Program-made: the position numbers and the translations under genes
DNA from: an uncultured Lentimicrobiaceae bacterium
GTDB taxonomy: Bacteria; Bacteroidota; Bacteroidia; Bacteroidales; UBA4417
Reading direction: 5' to 3'
Assembly: GCA_964544545.1 (NCBI GenBank)
Contig: CAZJCG010000001.1
Coordinates: 38,073-102,072, forward strand
DNA length: 64,000 nt
In this document: positions 47,368 to 56,232 of the stretch, piece after piece
How the letters are laid out: each line of letters opens with the position of its first letter
How positions within the stretch are numbered: position 1 is the first letter of the stretch
The notes under the pieces: model-generated
What the model was told of the DNA's origin: nothing
Databases searched by the model: none
The model's input: only the letters and a program-made list of their open reading frames with translations

Positions 47368-48417
47368 TCACTCTATTTGCATTTCCTGAGCTAGTTTACT
47401 GAAGGTAGTGAATTCAGCTTCCGGATATTTTTGACGAACTCTTTTCACAAACGACTCCATCAAGCTGAATGAATAATCACCCATACTTTTGGGATGCCCG
47501 CTTATGCTGAATATGGCTGTTTCCTGGTTTATGTACTTCCTGACATTATAGTCCAGGTTCTTCATCAGATAATCTATTGAAAGCGTATAGTTATCAAATG
47601 ATAGCATGCGGGACGAAAACATCATTTTAATTTTGGATTTCAGATCTGTCGGATTGCCTTCGTGAATCTGATATCCGTGATCCCTGGGGCCTTGTGCCGC
47701 CAGTTTCTTTAATTTAAACCGCGTCGGGACTTCAAACGGTGTTTTGGGAATACTTGCAATGGGCACCTCAAGGATTCCCTTCTCTGCTTCTTTTCGGATA
47801 TCTCCGTCCGGACCAATAAACCAGTTTGGCTTTGGCGGCATGTTGAGACAATTAATTTCCGAAAGCCCCGAACGGAAATAATATCCTTTAATGATCGAGC
47901 TGTCAAAACGGATCCCATACCTGTAAAGCGAGGAGAATATTGCTTCAGCGGCATCTTCAATATTATATCCTCCGGCACGGAATGCCAGGCACCGGTAATT
48001 ATGATCTGCAACAGCACAGACTTCATACAAAAAATCGACTCCGGCCTTGATTATTCCATCGATCGTAAAAGGCTTCCCGGTTGAAAAATCCGCCAGACGA
48101 TAATCCTTTGAAGGAACAAAGGTGCTGTCGTTGTAAGAGGATGTCAGCCAATGGGGATGTAAATGCAACTGTACGTCATGATGGCTTCCGGCAGCATCCT
48201 GTAATTGCCTGACATAGGGTTCATAAAATGAACTTTTATCCCATTCTTTAAAACGGATGCCACAGAGCACATCCGTAAATAATACTACAGGCAATTCAAG
48301 TTTTTCAGCCAGATCCAACAATCTGTATGTCGGATCAAACATGGCCTCCTGATACGAAGTCCGGACACCACCTAAAGGCAGTTCATGATCAAATGTCAGT
48401 AATATTTTAAGCTTCAT
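47368..48417 (-). CDS. polysaccharide deacetylase-like / hypothetical hydrolase
   Basis: N-terminal KILLTFDHE plus later His-rich motifs (HHDVQLHLHPHW) resemble metal-dependent carbohydrate esterase/deacetylase-superfamily proteins. The assignment is tentative. Confidence 0.4.
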   Translation of the reverse strand: MKLKILLTFDHELPLGGVRTSYQEAMFDPTYRLLDLAEKLELPVVLFTDVLCGIRFKEWDKSSFYEPYVRQLQDAAGSHHDVQLHLHPHWLTSSYNDSTFVPSKDYRLADFSTGKPFTIDGIIKAGVDFLYEVCAVADHNYRCLAFRAGGYNIEDAAEAIFSSLYRYGIRFDSSIIKGYYFRSGLSEINCLNMPPKPNWFIGPDGDIRKEAEKGILEVPIASIPKTPFEVPTRFKLKKLAAQGPRDHGYQIHEGNPTDLKSKIKMMFSSRMLSFDNYTLSIDYLMKNLDYNVRKYINQETAIFSISGHPKSMGDYSFSLMESFVKRVRQKYPEAEFTTFSKLAQEMQIE

Positions 48418-48665
48418 TACAGAGTGGTGTCGTTGGTTTTCTTTTCAACCAGGCTGATCATATCGCCCACCGTAGCAATGCCTGCAAGATCTTTAAATCC
48501 AAATTCAATTGAAAAATGGCTTTCAATGGCGGCGATCAGCCTGACATGATTTAATGAATCCCATCCTTCTACTGTCAGGGGAGAATCAGAGGACTTAAGT
48601 TTAAGATTAGGTCGTTCAAGAGTATCAGCAAAAATTCTGTTTATCTCAGATAAAATATTTTCCAT
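48417..48665 (-). CDS. acyl/aminoacyl carrier protein
   Basis: About 82 aa with the phosphopantetheine attachment motif GWDSLNHVRLI. ATG at 48665 preferred over TTG at 48671. Confidence 0.8.
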   Translation of the reverse strand: MENILSEINRIFADTLERPNLKLKSSDSPLTVEGWDSLNHVRLIAAIESHFSIEFGFKDLAGIATVGDMISLVEKKTNDTTL

Positions 48666-48667
48666 GT

Positions 48668-49333
48668 TCAAGCTATTGATTTCTGCATTTTGATCCGGGT
48701 TAAGCCCGGCAGGTATTTCAGAACTTCAGTGTTTTCAGTGGACCTTTCCTCAACAATTGTAAATCCGAGTTTTGTCTGACTTAAAACAGCAGCCTGATTT
48801 TGTTTAAAAAGCTGCACCTGAGCTTTGCTGATGGCCGGATATTTCATTTTTGCCGAGCTGATAAGGGCATCCGTTAATAAACCCACAATACCTCTCCCCC
48901 TGTATCCTTCCCTTACATAGGTGGTTTCCAGTTGAAGGGTCATGTGGTCCCTTTTTATGCCGACTTCATCCACTACCGAAGCTATCGAGTGATAATGTTC
49001 AATTTGCCTTTTGTCAAGGAATGCCTTGAAGGCACTCATTTTTAACAACCCCGACGGCATACCTCCGATTCCTTCAATCCACCCGGTATATGCAGCAACA
49101 GGATTTCCGCCAAGTTCGGCAATTTTAAAATTTCTAAAACTAAACTCAAAATCAGGAATATCTTCTTTGAATATTTTTCTCATCAGCGAAGCAAACTCAT
49201 TTTCCGTGATGTCAAATATGGCGCAATAGCTTACAATATTCCCATTCCCCTTTTCAGCATTTATGATTGCTTCAATAAGGAAATCTGAATCCTTTACGGT
49301 TGCATCCCTGATTACAAATTCACTGGTCATCAT
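48668..49333 (-). CDS. GNAT family acyltransferase
   Basis: Acyl-CoA-binding-type motif REGYRGRGIVGLL. About 221 aa. ATG at 49333. Confidence 0.7.
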   Translation of the reverse strand: MMTSEFVIRDATVKDSDFLIEAIINAEKGNGNIVSYCAIFDITENEFASLMRKIFKEDIPDFEFSFRNFKIAELGGNPVAAYTGWIEGIGGMPSGLLKMSAFKAFLDKRQIEHYHSIASVVDEVGIKRDHMTLQLETTYVREGYRGRGIVGLLTDALISSAKMKYPAISKAQVQLFKQNQAAVLSQTKLGFTIVEERSTENTEVLKYLPGLTRIKMQKSIA

Positions 49334-49339
49334 TTTCAA

Positions 49340-50857
49340 CTAAAGCATTTGCTTATCCATAGCCAACAAGGCCTTCCTGTCAATTTTCCCGTTGAGATTG
49401 TACGGCAGGCTATCTATAAAAATAAATCGTTTCGGAAGCATATATTCAGGAATTCTGGCCCTGAGCAGTTCTGTGATAACAGGTCCCTCATAATGAACTT
49501 CTGCAACCAGAAACAACAGTATCTGCAGCTCTTCTGATTCCCCGGTTGCAACGGCAACAGCATCTTTGATCCCGGCAATCCGGTTGGCAGCATCTTCTAT
49601 TTCGCCGAGTTCAATTCGGTAGCCACTGATTTTAACCTGTGTATCATTTCTCCCTAAATAGAAATAGTCGCGCTCCTGATCGACCAAACAGATATCGCCG
49701 GTACGGTAAAAAGTTGATTTGTTGTAATTGATGAATGATTGCTTATTCCGGTTCTCATCATTCAGGTAACCCGAAGTCAACTGCCTGCCCTGAATGCAAA
49801 GCTCTCCTTCCGGATTATTGTCGATGGTTAACTTATCATCACGCATCAATGCAAAGCCGGTCCCAAGGAAGGGTTTCCCTATACAAACCACTCCGTTAAC
49901 ATCTTTAATATCACTTTTCGGACAACGGTAATATGAACAGAAGATCGTTGCTTCGGTTGGTCCGTAAACGTTAAGTATGTCAGCATTTGGCACACATTGC
50001 TGCCAGTTGCTCACCAGTTTGGTCCGTAAGGCTTCACCACAAAACAACCAGTACCGCACATCGGGGAGCCGGATCTTTTTAAAATAAGGTTCCAGATAAC
50101 TGACAAAAGAGGGAACGGTGAGTGTATGCGTTATGGCCTTCTCTTCAATTACGCTTATGGCAGCTGTAAATTTAAACGGGACCCGTGGTAAGGTGTAAAC
50201 ACATGCACCTTTCAGCAACGGGATAAGATAGGAAAATACCGAAAGATCGAAAGTGAGATCGAATACCTGGAGGAACCGGTCTTCCTGATCAATCCTGATA
50301 CCCATCCGATCGATATTCTGGACAAACGCCTGCAGATTCTCTGTAGTGATAGGCACACCCTTAGGAACCCCGGTTGTGCCTGAGGTAAATAGAATATATG
50401 CCGGATTATCGGTTAATCCGACAACAGCATCTGTTGTTAACTCCTTTTCAACCGGATCGGCAAGTAGCTTGTCACCATGTTTCTCTAAAAATTCCCGGTG
50501 CAGCATACCGGCATCCGAACAATAGATTGAACCTAAGCTTAATGCATTGATAATATGACTGTTCCGTTCGTCCGGGTGGGATGGCTCAATAGGAATGTAA
50601 GTGATACCGCTAAGTAAACAGGCAACAATAGCTGAATATGTATCAAAATCGTTGTTGGCAATTATTCCCAATGATTCAATCCTGGTGTTTTGATTCCGGA
50701 ATAAGGACTGGAACAGGGCCACCCGCTTAAGCAGCTGATCATAGGTAAAGCAGGCATCATTAATACAGAATGCATTCCTGTGAGCATGGGTTTTTAAGGA
50801 ATTAAGTAAATCCTGCTGTAATACTCCTTTCCCCTCAGAAATGCTTTTACTGACCAT
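49340..50857 (-). CDS. DltA-like stand-alone adenylation enzyme (ANL superfamily)
   Basis: Adenylation core motifs FTSGTTGVPKG, FDLSV, NVYGPTEAT, YRTGD, GRNDTQVKISGYRIELGEIE, NGKIDRK. The 505-aa size and motif spacing match D-alanine-carrier-protein-ligase-type enzymes. Confidence 0.85.
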   Translation of the reverse strand: MVSKSISEGKGVLQQDLLNSLKTHAHRNAFCINDACFTYDQLLKRVALFQSLFRNQNTRIESLGIIANNDFDTYSAIVACLLSGITYIPIEPSHPDERNSHIINALSLGSIYCSDAGMLHREFLEKHGDKLLADPVEKELTTDAVVGLTDNPAYILFTSGTTGVPKGVPITTENLQAFVQNIDRMGIRIDQEDRFLQVFDLTFDLSVFSYLIPLLKGACVYTLPRVPFKFTAAISVIEEKAITHTLTVPSFVSYLEPYFKKIRLPDVRYWLFCGEALRTKLVSNWQQCVPNADILNVYGPTEATIFCSYYRCPKSDIKDVNGVVCIGKPFLGTGFALMRDDKLTIDNNPEGELCIQGRQLTSGYLNDENRNKQSFINYNKSTFYRTGDICLVDQERDYFYLGRNDTQVKISGYRIELGEIEDAANRIAGIKDAVAVATGESEELQILLFLVAEVHYEGPVITELLRARIPEYMLPKRFIFIDSLPYNLNGKIDRKALLAMDKQML

Positions 50858-51211
50858 CTATAACTAATGGATAAAAATGCCTTTGGGATTGACCCGGGCG
50901 TTTAAATATTGACATTGTAAAATTAAGACAATTTATACAGCATCTTCATGATACTGCACCAAAGGACTGAAGGCATTAAGTACAGCTTCGGAAGGAGCCG
51001 TTGGTCCGGAGCGCCTTCGTTCATTTAAATGTTGTTGCCTTATATTTCCTCCGGGTCTCAATTGTTTGATATTTATAAATCACTGTGAAAAGGCACGTAT
51101 GCCATCAGGCAGGGCTTCACAAAGAAACCAACAGGATCAAAGAAGAAAGGTATTGAACCAGCTTATGAAAGCCTCTGAATATTGGACGCAATGTGATTGT
51201 AGCATATCTGA

Positions 51212-51919
51212 CTACTTTCCCATGGCTTTCTTTTTCAGATCGCCCGGCATCTTTTCGATTGCGTACCGCAATGCCGTCCGTGGCATGATGGATTTATGCT
51301 GCATTACATATTCAAATATCCTTTCTTGGTTCGCTTCAGCGGCAGCCTTTAACATCCATCCGTATCCTTTTTGCACAAGATCATCTTTGTCCAACAGTAA
51401 GATATCAGTAATTTCTAAAATGTCATCCAGGAATTTGCCTTTCCGCGCCGGTATGATCAACGTAACGGCAGATGCCCTGCGAACCCATCTGTTTTCCGAT
51501 GTTGCGAAGGCTTTCAGTTTTGAAACAGCATCGGGATACATCTCGATAAACGTCCCTACTGAATGGTTGCACAGCGTATCACACGATGCCCAGTTGTTCA
51601 CATAACTGTTGATCCATTTTTCAAACAACAGAAAATCACCGGGTTCATACTGCTGATGTATGGCATAGGACCAGTTGCAGGCAATAAACGACTCCTCCAG
51701 GTATCCGGACTGCCATAGCGTTTCACATAAGTCAAATACTTCTGTTCTGGATTTAAAATCAATACGACTAAAAATATCTTTACCGATCCTGTTTACTGTC
51801 GGAACTTTAACGCCATAGAATCTGATCTTCTCTTTGAAAAAATGCTGACTGGTCTGCAGAGTCTTTTCATCAATGTTGTTACTGAGTTCATTTCTGACTT
51901 GTTCGATGATATTCTTCAT
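51212..51919 (-). CDS. DNA alkylation repair protein (AlkD-like HEAT-repeat family)
   Basis: 235 aa, all-helical. The N-terminal pattern (KTLQTSQHFFKEKIRFYGVKVPTVNRIGKD) and WVRRASAV segment are typical of the DNA alkylation repair enzyme family. Confidence 0.75.
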   Translation of the reverse strand: MKNIIEQVRNELSNNIDEKTLQTSQHFFKEKIRFYGVKVPTVNRIGKDIFSRIDFKSRTEVFDLCETLWQSGYLEESFIACNWSYAIHQQYEPGDFLLFEKWINSYVNNWASCDTLCNHSVGTFIEMYPDAVSKLKAFATSENRWVRRASAVTLIIPARKGKFLDDILEITDILLLDKDDLVQKGYGWMLKAAAEANQERIFEYVMQHKSIMPRTALRYAIEKMPGDLKKKAMGK

Positions 51920-52145
51920 GATTAGTTCGGTTTTTTTTGACGGCTTGTATGCCTGAGTGAACGGTCCCTGCCTTGGTGCCGGAACAAAGCCCTGGCAGCT
52001 AAGCCCATCTTATGTCCGATGGATACTACTTTGTCTTTTAAAAGTGTTGATTATTAGATATTAATCTTGCGCAATTATTGACAGTTAATATGTCAATCCT
52101 GAATTCATCAAAAATCAAATAAACTATTCTATAATTTCCCCGTAC

Positions 52146-52248
52146 TATACTGAATCTTAACAGGTTTGCGAAGCAGAGCTGTTTAGATTCAGTTATGCTG
52201 AGCATGTCCCCCAAATAAATTTATGCAAACCTGTTCAGCCGCAGTATA
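52146..52248. mobile_element. MITE/REPIN-like inverted-repeat element, copy 2 (103 bp)
   Basis: Terminal inverted repeats tatactgaatcttaacaggtttg (52146-52168) and caaacctgttcagccgcagtata (52226-52248) match at 19 of 23 positions. Its right end supplies the last 4 codons and the stop of the truncated toxin ORF. Confidence 0.65.
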
Positions 52249-52438
52249 ATTGTCTTATTTTCTGATTGTTGAATTCAGGAACAATAGATCCGGATTGGGG
52301 GAATTCCTCCAAAATATCAACTGATTCAAATAGTTCGGTAACAGTAATTTCAGCATATCTGATCGAATCTTTAGCAATGTATTCACCTATTGCATCAAGA
52401 TCAAGAATTGCAGAATCAGTCCAGACTACTTTAACCAT
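52235..52438 (-). pseudogene. 3'-truncated RelE/ParE-family toxin gene
   Basis: MVKVVWTDSAILDLDAIGEYIAKDS...FPQSGSIVPEFNNQKIRQ matches the N-terminal two thirds of ParE/RelE toxins. The reading frame then runs into the repeat element (LYCG-stop). The C-terminal beta-strands of about 30 aa are missing. Confidence 0.65.
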
Positions 52439-52608
52439 TTGTTGAGCTTTTGTCTTGCTTCTACTTTTGAGTTTATTCTTCCTTCAGCAGAATCAACCAA
52501 ACCTTTTTGAACTTTCTCAACAAATATTAAGTGATCAATTACCTGATCAATAGTCAGATTTTCTGGTAATTTATTCAGAGTATCAATTAGTTGTGTCTTA
52601 GTGATCAT
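52426..52608 (-). CDS. putative antitoxin of the ParE/RelE pair
   Basis: 60 aa, ATG start. Overlaps the toxin start by 13 nt. The C-terminal EKVQKGLVDSAEGRINSKVEARQKLNKW resembles antitoxins paired with this toxin family. Confidence 0.6.
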   Translation of the reverse strand: MITKTQLIDTLNKLPENLTIDQVIDHLIFVEKVQKGLVDSAEGRINSKVEARQKLNKWLK

Positions 52609-52666
52609 TACAAATGTATTTTGATAAAGTTACAAAATAATAGCTCATCATTCAAGTATGGAATAT

Positions 52667-52747
52667 TATACTGAGCAAGTCCCGAAAAACAAATTTCGAC
52701 CCGAAGGGTCCCTCCGAAGGAGAGCAAACCTGTTCAGCCGGAGTATT
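52667..52747. mobile_element. MITE/REPIN-like element, partial copy 3 (right half)
   Basis: tatactgagcaagtcccgaaaaacaaatttcg matches the interior of copy 1. cgacccgaagggtccctccgaaggagag is the inverted counterpart of the copy-1 inner arm. Ends with caaacctgttcagccggagtat. Confidence 0.5.
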
Positions 52748-52891
52748 ACCTTCTTACCTCCATCGGGTATAACGGTTCGCACCTAGGCGCCGGGGCTTGC
52801 ATTGTTGGCCCGTGCATGGGGGGCATACTTTGGAGCTTATGCGCCGTTGGCAACAGGGCGTTGTTCTTTGTTCGGTGCTTATTTGATTGCT

Positions 52892-54223
52892 TTACTCCTT
52901 GATTATTTTATTAATGAATACATGCCCTGAGGAGTCTACTATTTTCAGTAAATAGATCCCAGGATTTATCAATGGTGTTAAAATAATATTATTTAATCCA
53001 ATACTTATATTTTCTTTATAATTATAGCATACAGTCCCATCCATAGTCATAATATTAATTAAAACATCCTGAGAGTTTGAACTATTCAATGAAAACCTGA
53101 ATTGATCTTTAAATGGATTTGGTGTGACTTTAATCTGATTTATTGTTTGATTAAAGTCGATTAAGGAGGTATTCGGAAAGTTAGAAATTTTCAGAATAAA
53201 GCTGTAAGCGAACGCATAACCTGTTGAATCGAAAAATTGGAAATCATGAATCCAATCGGTTAGGTCATCTGTTGCATAAGAAGAATCATAATTAATGAAA
53301 GTAGCTCCTCCATCAACACTTTTATAGATATTGGCAGGCCATCCACTTAACCATATAGTGGAATCATTCTCATAATAGATAGCGTCAGGTAGTAGTTCCC
53401 ATTTATTTTTATAAAAGTGAGAAATTGTGTCGAAATTATTTTCTGTTAACATTACTATGGCATAGTGCCAGTCTCCACCAGTAGTACCACCATGTAAACT
53501 GTCGGCAAAATGTATGTTGTATAAATCTCCTGTCAGCGGTTTACATTCAATCCAATGAGCTCCACCGTCTATTGTTTTTAAAACAAATCCTTGATCCAGG
53601 GACATCGAGCAAGTTGCCCAGCCATATTGTTCATTTATAAATATAATCTTGTTTGGTTTATAATTATTTGATGATGCTGAATCGATGAATTCAGGTGTCA
53701 GTGTTTTTACCCAACTAATACCTCCATCCTCTGTTTTGAATATTGATTTGAACCCGCCACAAAAACCGACATCTTTATTGAAAAAGTAAAAACCTGAACT
53801 GCCATAGAAGGGCCCTCCGGGGGTGAACATTACAGAATCAGTCAGATCAACCCAATTATGACCACCATCATTTGTTGACCAAAAATAAAGATCAGAATTT
53901 GTATAATTTTCAATCAATGCAAAGCCGTTCAACGAATCAACCAGTTGTATATTATCAGCACGATACCCAAGAGGGAAATCATAAACTTTATTGAATGAGA
54001 TAGCTCCATCCGTCGTCTGAATCAAATCATATTGGATGTCTGGCCAAATTCCTGAACGAGAACAGATCCAACCTTCCTTATCATTAATAAAGGAAGCCGA
54101 TATAAAATAATCGTATCCTGCTGGATTGACCTTTTCCCATGTTTGTGCTCTTGTCAACTTTGGAGAGCATATAAAAAGTAAACTCAGTAGGGTAAATTCC
54201 AATATGAAAATTTGTCTATTCAT
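52892..54223 (-). CDS. T9SS C-terminal-sorting-domain protein with a BNR/Asp-box beta-propeller
   Basis: Signal peptide. Asp-box motifs TNDGGHNW, TEDGGISW, TIDGGAHW, SVDGGATF. C-terminal VTPNPFKDQFRFSL...LLKIVDSSGHVFINKIIKE sorting domain. Very AT-rich. Confidence 0.7.
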   Translation of the reverse strand: MNRQIFILEFTLLSLLFICSPKLTRAQTWEKVNPAGYDYFISASFINDKEGWICSRSGIWPDIQYDLIQTTDGAISFNKVYDFPLGYRADNIQLVDSLNGFALIENYTNSDLYFWSTNDGGHNWVDLTDSVMFTPGGPFYGSSGFYFFNKDVGFCGGFKSIFKTEDGGISWVKTLTPEFIDSASSNNYKPNKIIFINEQYGWATCSMSLDQGFVLKTIDGGAHWIECKPLTGDLYNIHFADSLHGGTTGGDWHYAIVMLTENNFDTISHFYKNKWELLPDAIYYENDSTIWLSGWPANIYKSVDGGATFINYDSSYATDDLTDWIHDFQFFDSTGYAFAYSFILKISNFPNTSLIDFNQTINQIKVTPNPFKDQFRFSLNSSNSQDVLINIMTMDGTVCYNYKENISIGLNNIILTPLINPGIYLLKIVDSSGHVFINKIIKE

Positions 54224-54334
54224 TATATTGCCATTGAAAGTACTATTGTATTCTTAGCCTTGTTGCTAACTTGGAAATATGTGCAATCCATCATGAATGT
54301 CCTGCGACATCTGCATCCGGGCAACAGGACAATG

Positions 54335-55012
54335 CTACCGGTACAACCGCTTCCCCTCTTCGGTCATCACGGAGTTCATGATGATCCCTGCCGACTGAAA
54401 GTAGGCTTCGATCTGCTGTGCCAATCCGCTCTCGTAATCCGCCGGCTCCAGTATCAGATAGCCCTCGCCCGACTCCTGGTCATGGAACGTCCTGGCCGCC
54501 CTCCTTATGTTTTTACTCTTCTTTTCGAAGTTATCCCGTGTGAGAAAATAAAGCTGGTTTTCCTCTTCATCCTGCCCGTCGCATAATTCATATCCGATCT
54601 GCTGCGCATAACCTATCGCCGCAAAATTGTCGCGCATTACATGAATGTAGGAAATATGCCAGTCGAGATAGTAGAAACCCACCTCCAGCAATACCAGCGA
54701 AGTTAAAATCGGAATAAAAGTACTGATATAGTCCTGGTCCCAGAAAAACAATCCCGACTCACTGGTCCGGGCCTTCCAGTCCATATTCTTATCGTTGATA
54801 AGTGCGACTTTTTTACCCTGATACTCAACTATATAATAGAAGTTCTCAAAATTATCGATACGCTCGAACCATTTCACCTGCATCCCGGGGGTGATCTCTT
54901 CCCGGAAATTCATCACCCGCCGGATCTCTTCCGAGTTCCTTTTCTGACGCACCAGCTCAATATCGTCCCTCGTCAGACGCCTCAAGGTCAGCCCGTATTT
55001 TCGAACAATCAT
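54335..55012 (-). CDS. GNAT-like N-acyltransferase
   Basis: 225 aa. N-terminal LRRLTRDDIELVRQKRN and overall layout resemble GNAT acetyltransferases found in glycan loci. ATGA overlap with the upstream GT2 gene. Confidence 0.55.
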   Translation of the reverse strand: MIVRKYGLTLRRLTRDDIELVRQKRNSEEIRRVMNFREEITPGMQVKWFERIDNFENFYYIVEYQGKKVALINDKNMDWKARTSESGLFFWDQDYISTFIPILTSLVLLEVGFYYLDWHISYIHVMRDNFAAIGYAQQIGYELCDGQDEEENQLYFLTRDNFEKKSKNIRRAARTFHDQESGEGYLILEPADYESGLAQQIEAYFQSAGIIMNSVMTEEGKRLYR

Positions 55013-55932
55013 TTAAGAATCTTTTTTATGGAATAAGGAGGCTTCTTGTTCTGGACCTTGTAAATCCTGGTAAGGTATTCACCGATCATGCCCAGGCATA
55101 ACATGATGATGCTGGTGGAAAACAGTATGGCAACGATCAGCGAGGTATACCCAAGGGGAACATCATGGATGAGCTTGTTGATGATGAACCGGATCGCAAG
55201 GATGAAGCTGAGCACCGACAGGATAAAACCGCCATAGGTCATGATGCGCAGCGGGACTGCCGTATAGAAGACCACAATATTGAACGACATCTTCATCAGT
55301 TTCCAGGTGGAATACCCCGAATGACTGACGCTCCGTTTATGATGCGTCACCTCCACAAACGAGATATTACCTGTGTACCATAACAGCAGTTCATCAATGT
55401 ACATGAAATGCTGAGTGTGTTTGAGAATACTTTTTGCCAGTTCGCGGGTCATCAGTCTGAAAGAGGAACCCTGTCCGGGGGATTGCAATAGCAGGCGGGA
55501 TGATTTTTTTATAAAGAAACTGCCAAAATTCCGGATCCAGGAATGTTGCTTCTTACCGTAGTAGCCATATACGAGATCGGCATCCGTTGTGTTGAAGGAG
55601 TCGATGAGTTTCGTGATTTCTTCCGGCAGAACCTGGAGATCATCATCGATGGTGATAATGGTTTCTCCCTGTGAATGTTCCAGTCCGCAAAATACGGCAT
55701 TATGCTGACCGAAATTCTTCGAAAGCTTGATAGCAACGACCTCTTCGGGATTTAGTTCCTTAAGGTGAATCAGAATCTCCCAGCTCTTATCCCTGCTGAA
55801 ATCATCCACAAAAACCATCTCGAACGTTTTTCCCAGCGAGGCGAAAACAGCCTTTGTCCTGGAAAAAAGTTCTTCCAGCGTTCCCTCGCTGTTGTAAACA
55901 GGAACAACAATGCTGTAATCAGGTGAAGTCAA
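55009..55932 (-). CDS. family 2 glycosyltransferase, polyprenyl-phosphate glycosyltransferase type (ArnC/GtrB-like)
   Basis: YSIVVPVYN, VFVDDFSRD and TIDDDLQ (DxD) motifs, plus two C-terminal TM helices. 307 aa. Only a TTG start is available. Confidence 0.85.
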   Translation of the reverse strand: MTSPDYSIVVPVYNSEGTLEELFSRTKAVFASLGKTFEMVFVDDFSRDKSWEILIHLKELNPEEVVAIKLSKNFGQHNAVFCGLEHSQGETIITIDDDLQVLPEEITKLIDSFNTTDADLVYGYYGKKQHSWIRNFGSFFIKKSSRLLLQSPGQGSSFRLMTRELAKSILKHTQHFMYIDELLLWYTGNISFVEVTHHKRSVSHSGYSTWKLMKMSFNIVVFYTAVPLRIMTYGGFILSVLSFILAIRFIINKLIHDVPLGYTSLIVAILFSTSIIMLCLGMIGEYLTRIYKVQNKKPPYSIKKILK

Positions 55933-56232
55933 TTTCTCTGTGTTTAATAATTAGTTTACTAACTCTTAATGAGGGAAAACGATACTACAAAGGTTGAAAT
56001 TGCAGGGGGATAAATCAAGTCCTCCAGTTGAAAAGCCGTTGAAATTGTCCGAATGCTTACTGCCATCATTGAGAATTTTTAGGCATTCCGAACCGGCCGG
56101 AAATTTTTCCCTGATCTCTTCTTCTTTCCGGCGAGTTTCCAACCCGTCAGCATCCAAATCCCGAATCCTGTTTCTGAGATCCGGCAGGTAATTTACGGGG
56201 ATTCTCTGTTGTCAAAGGATCGTAGATTATAC

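Noticed and set aside
54212-54586. 124-aa plus-strand ORF spanning the T9SS gene start and the GNAT gene end.
   Set aside because: It is antisense to two supported genes. It has a non-canonical start context and no motifs.
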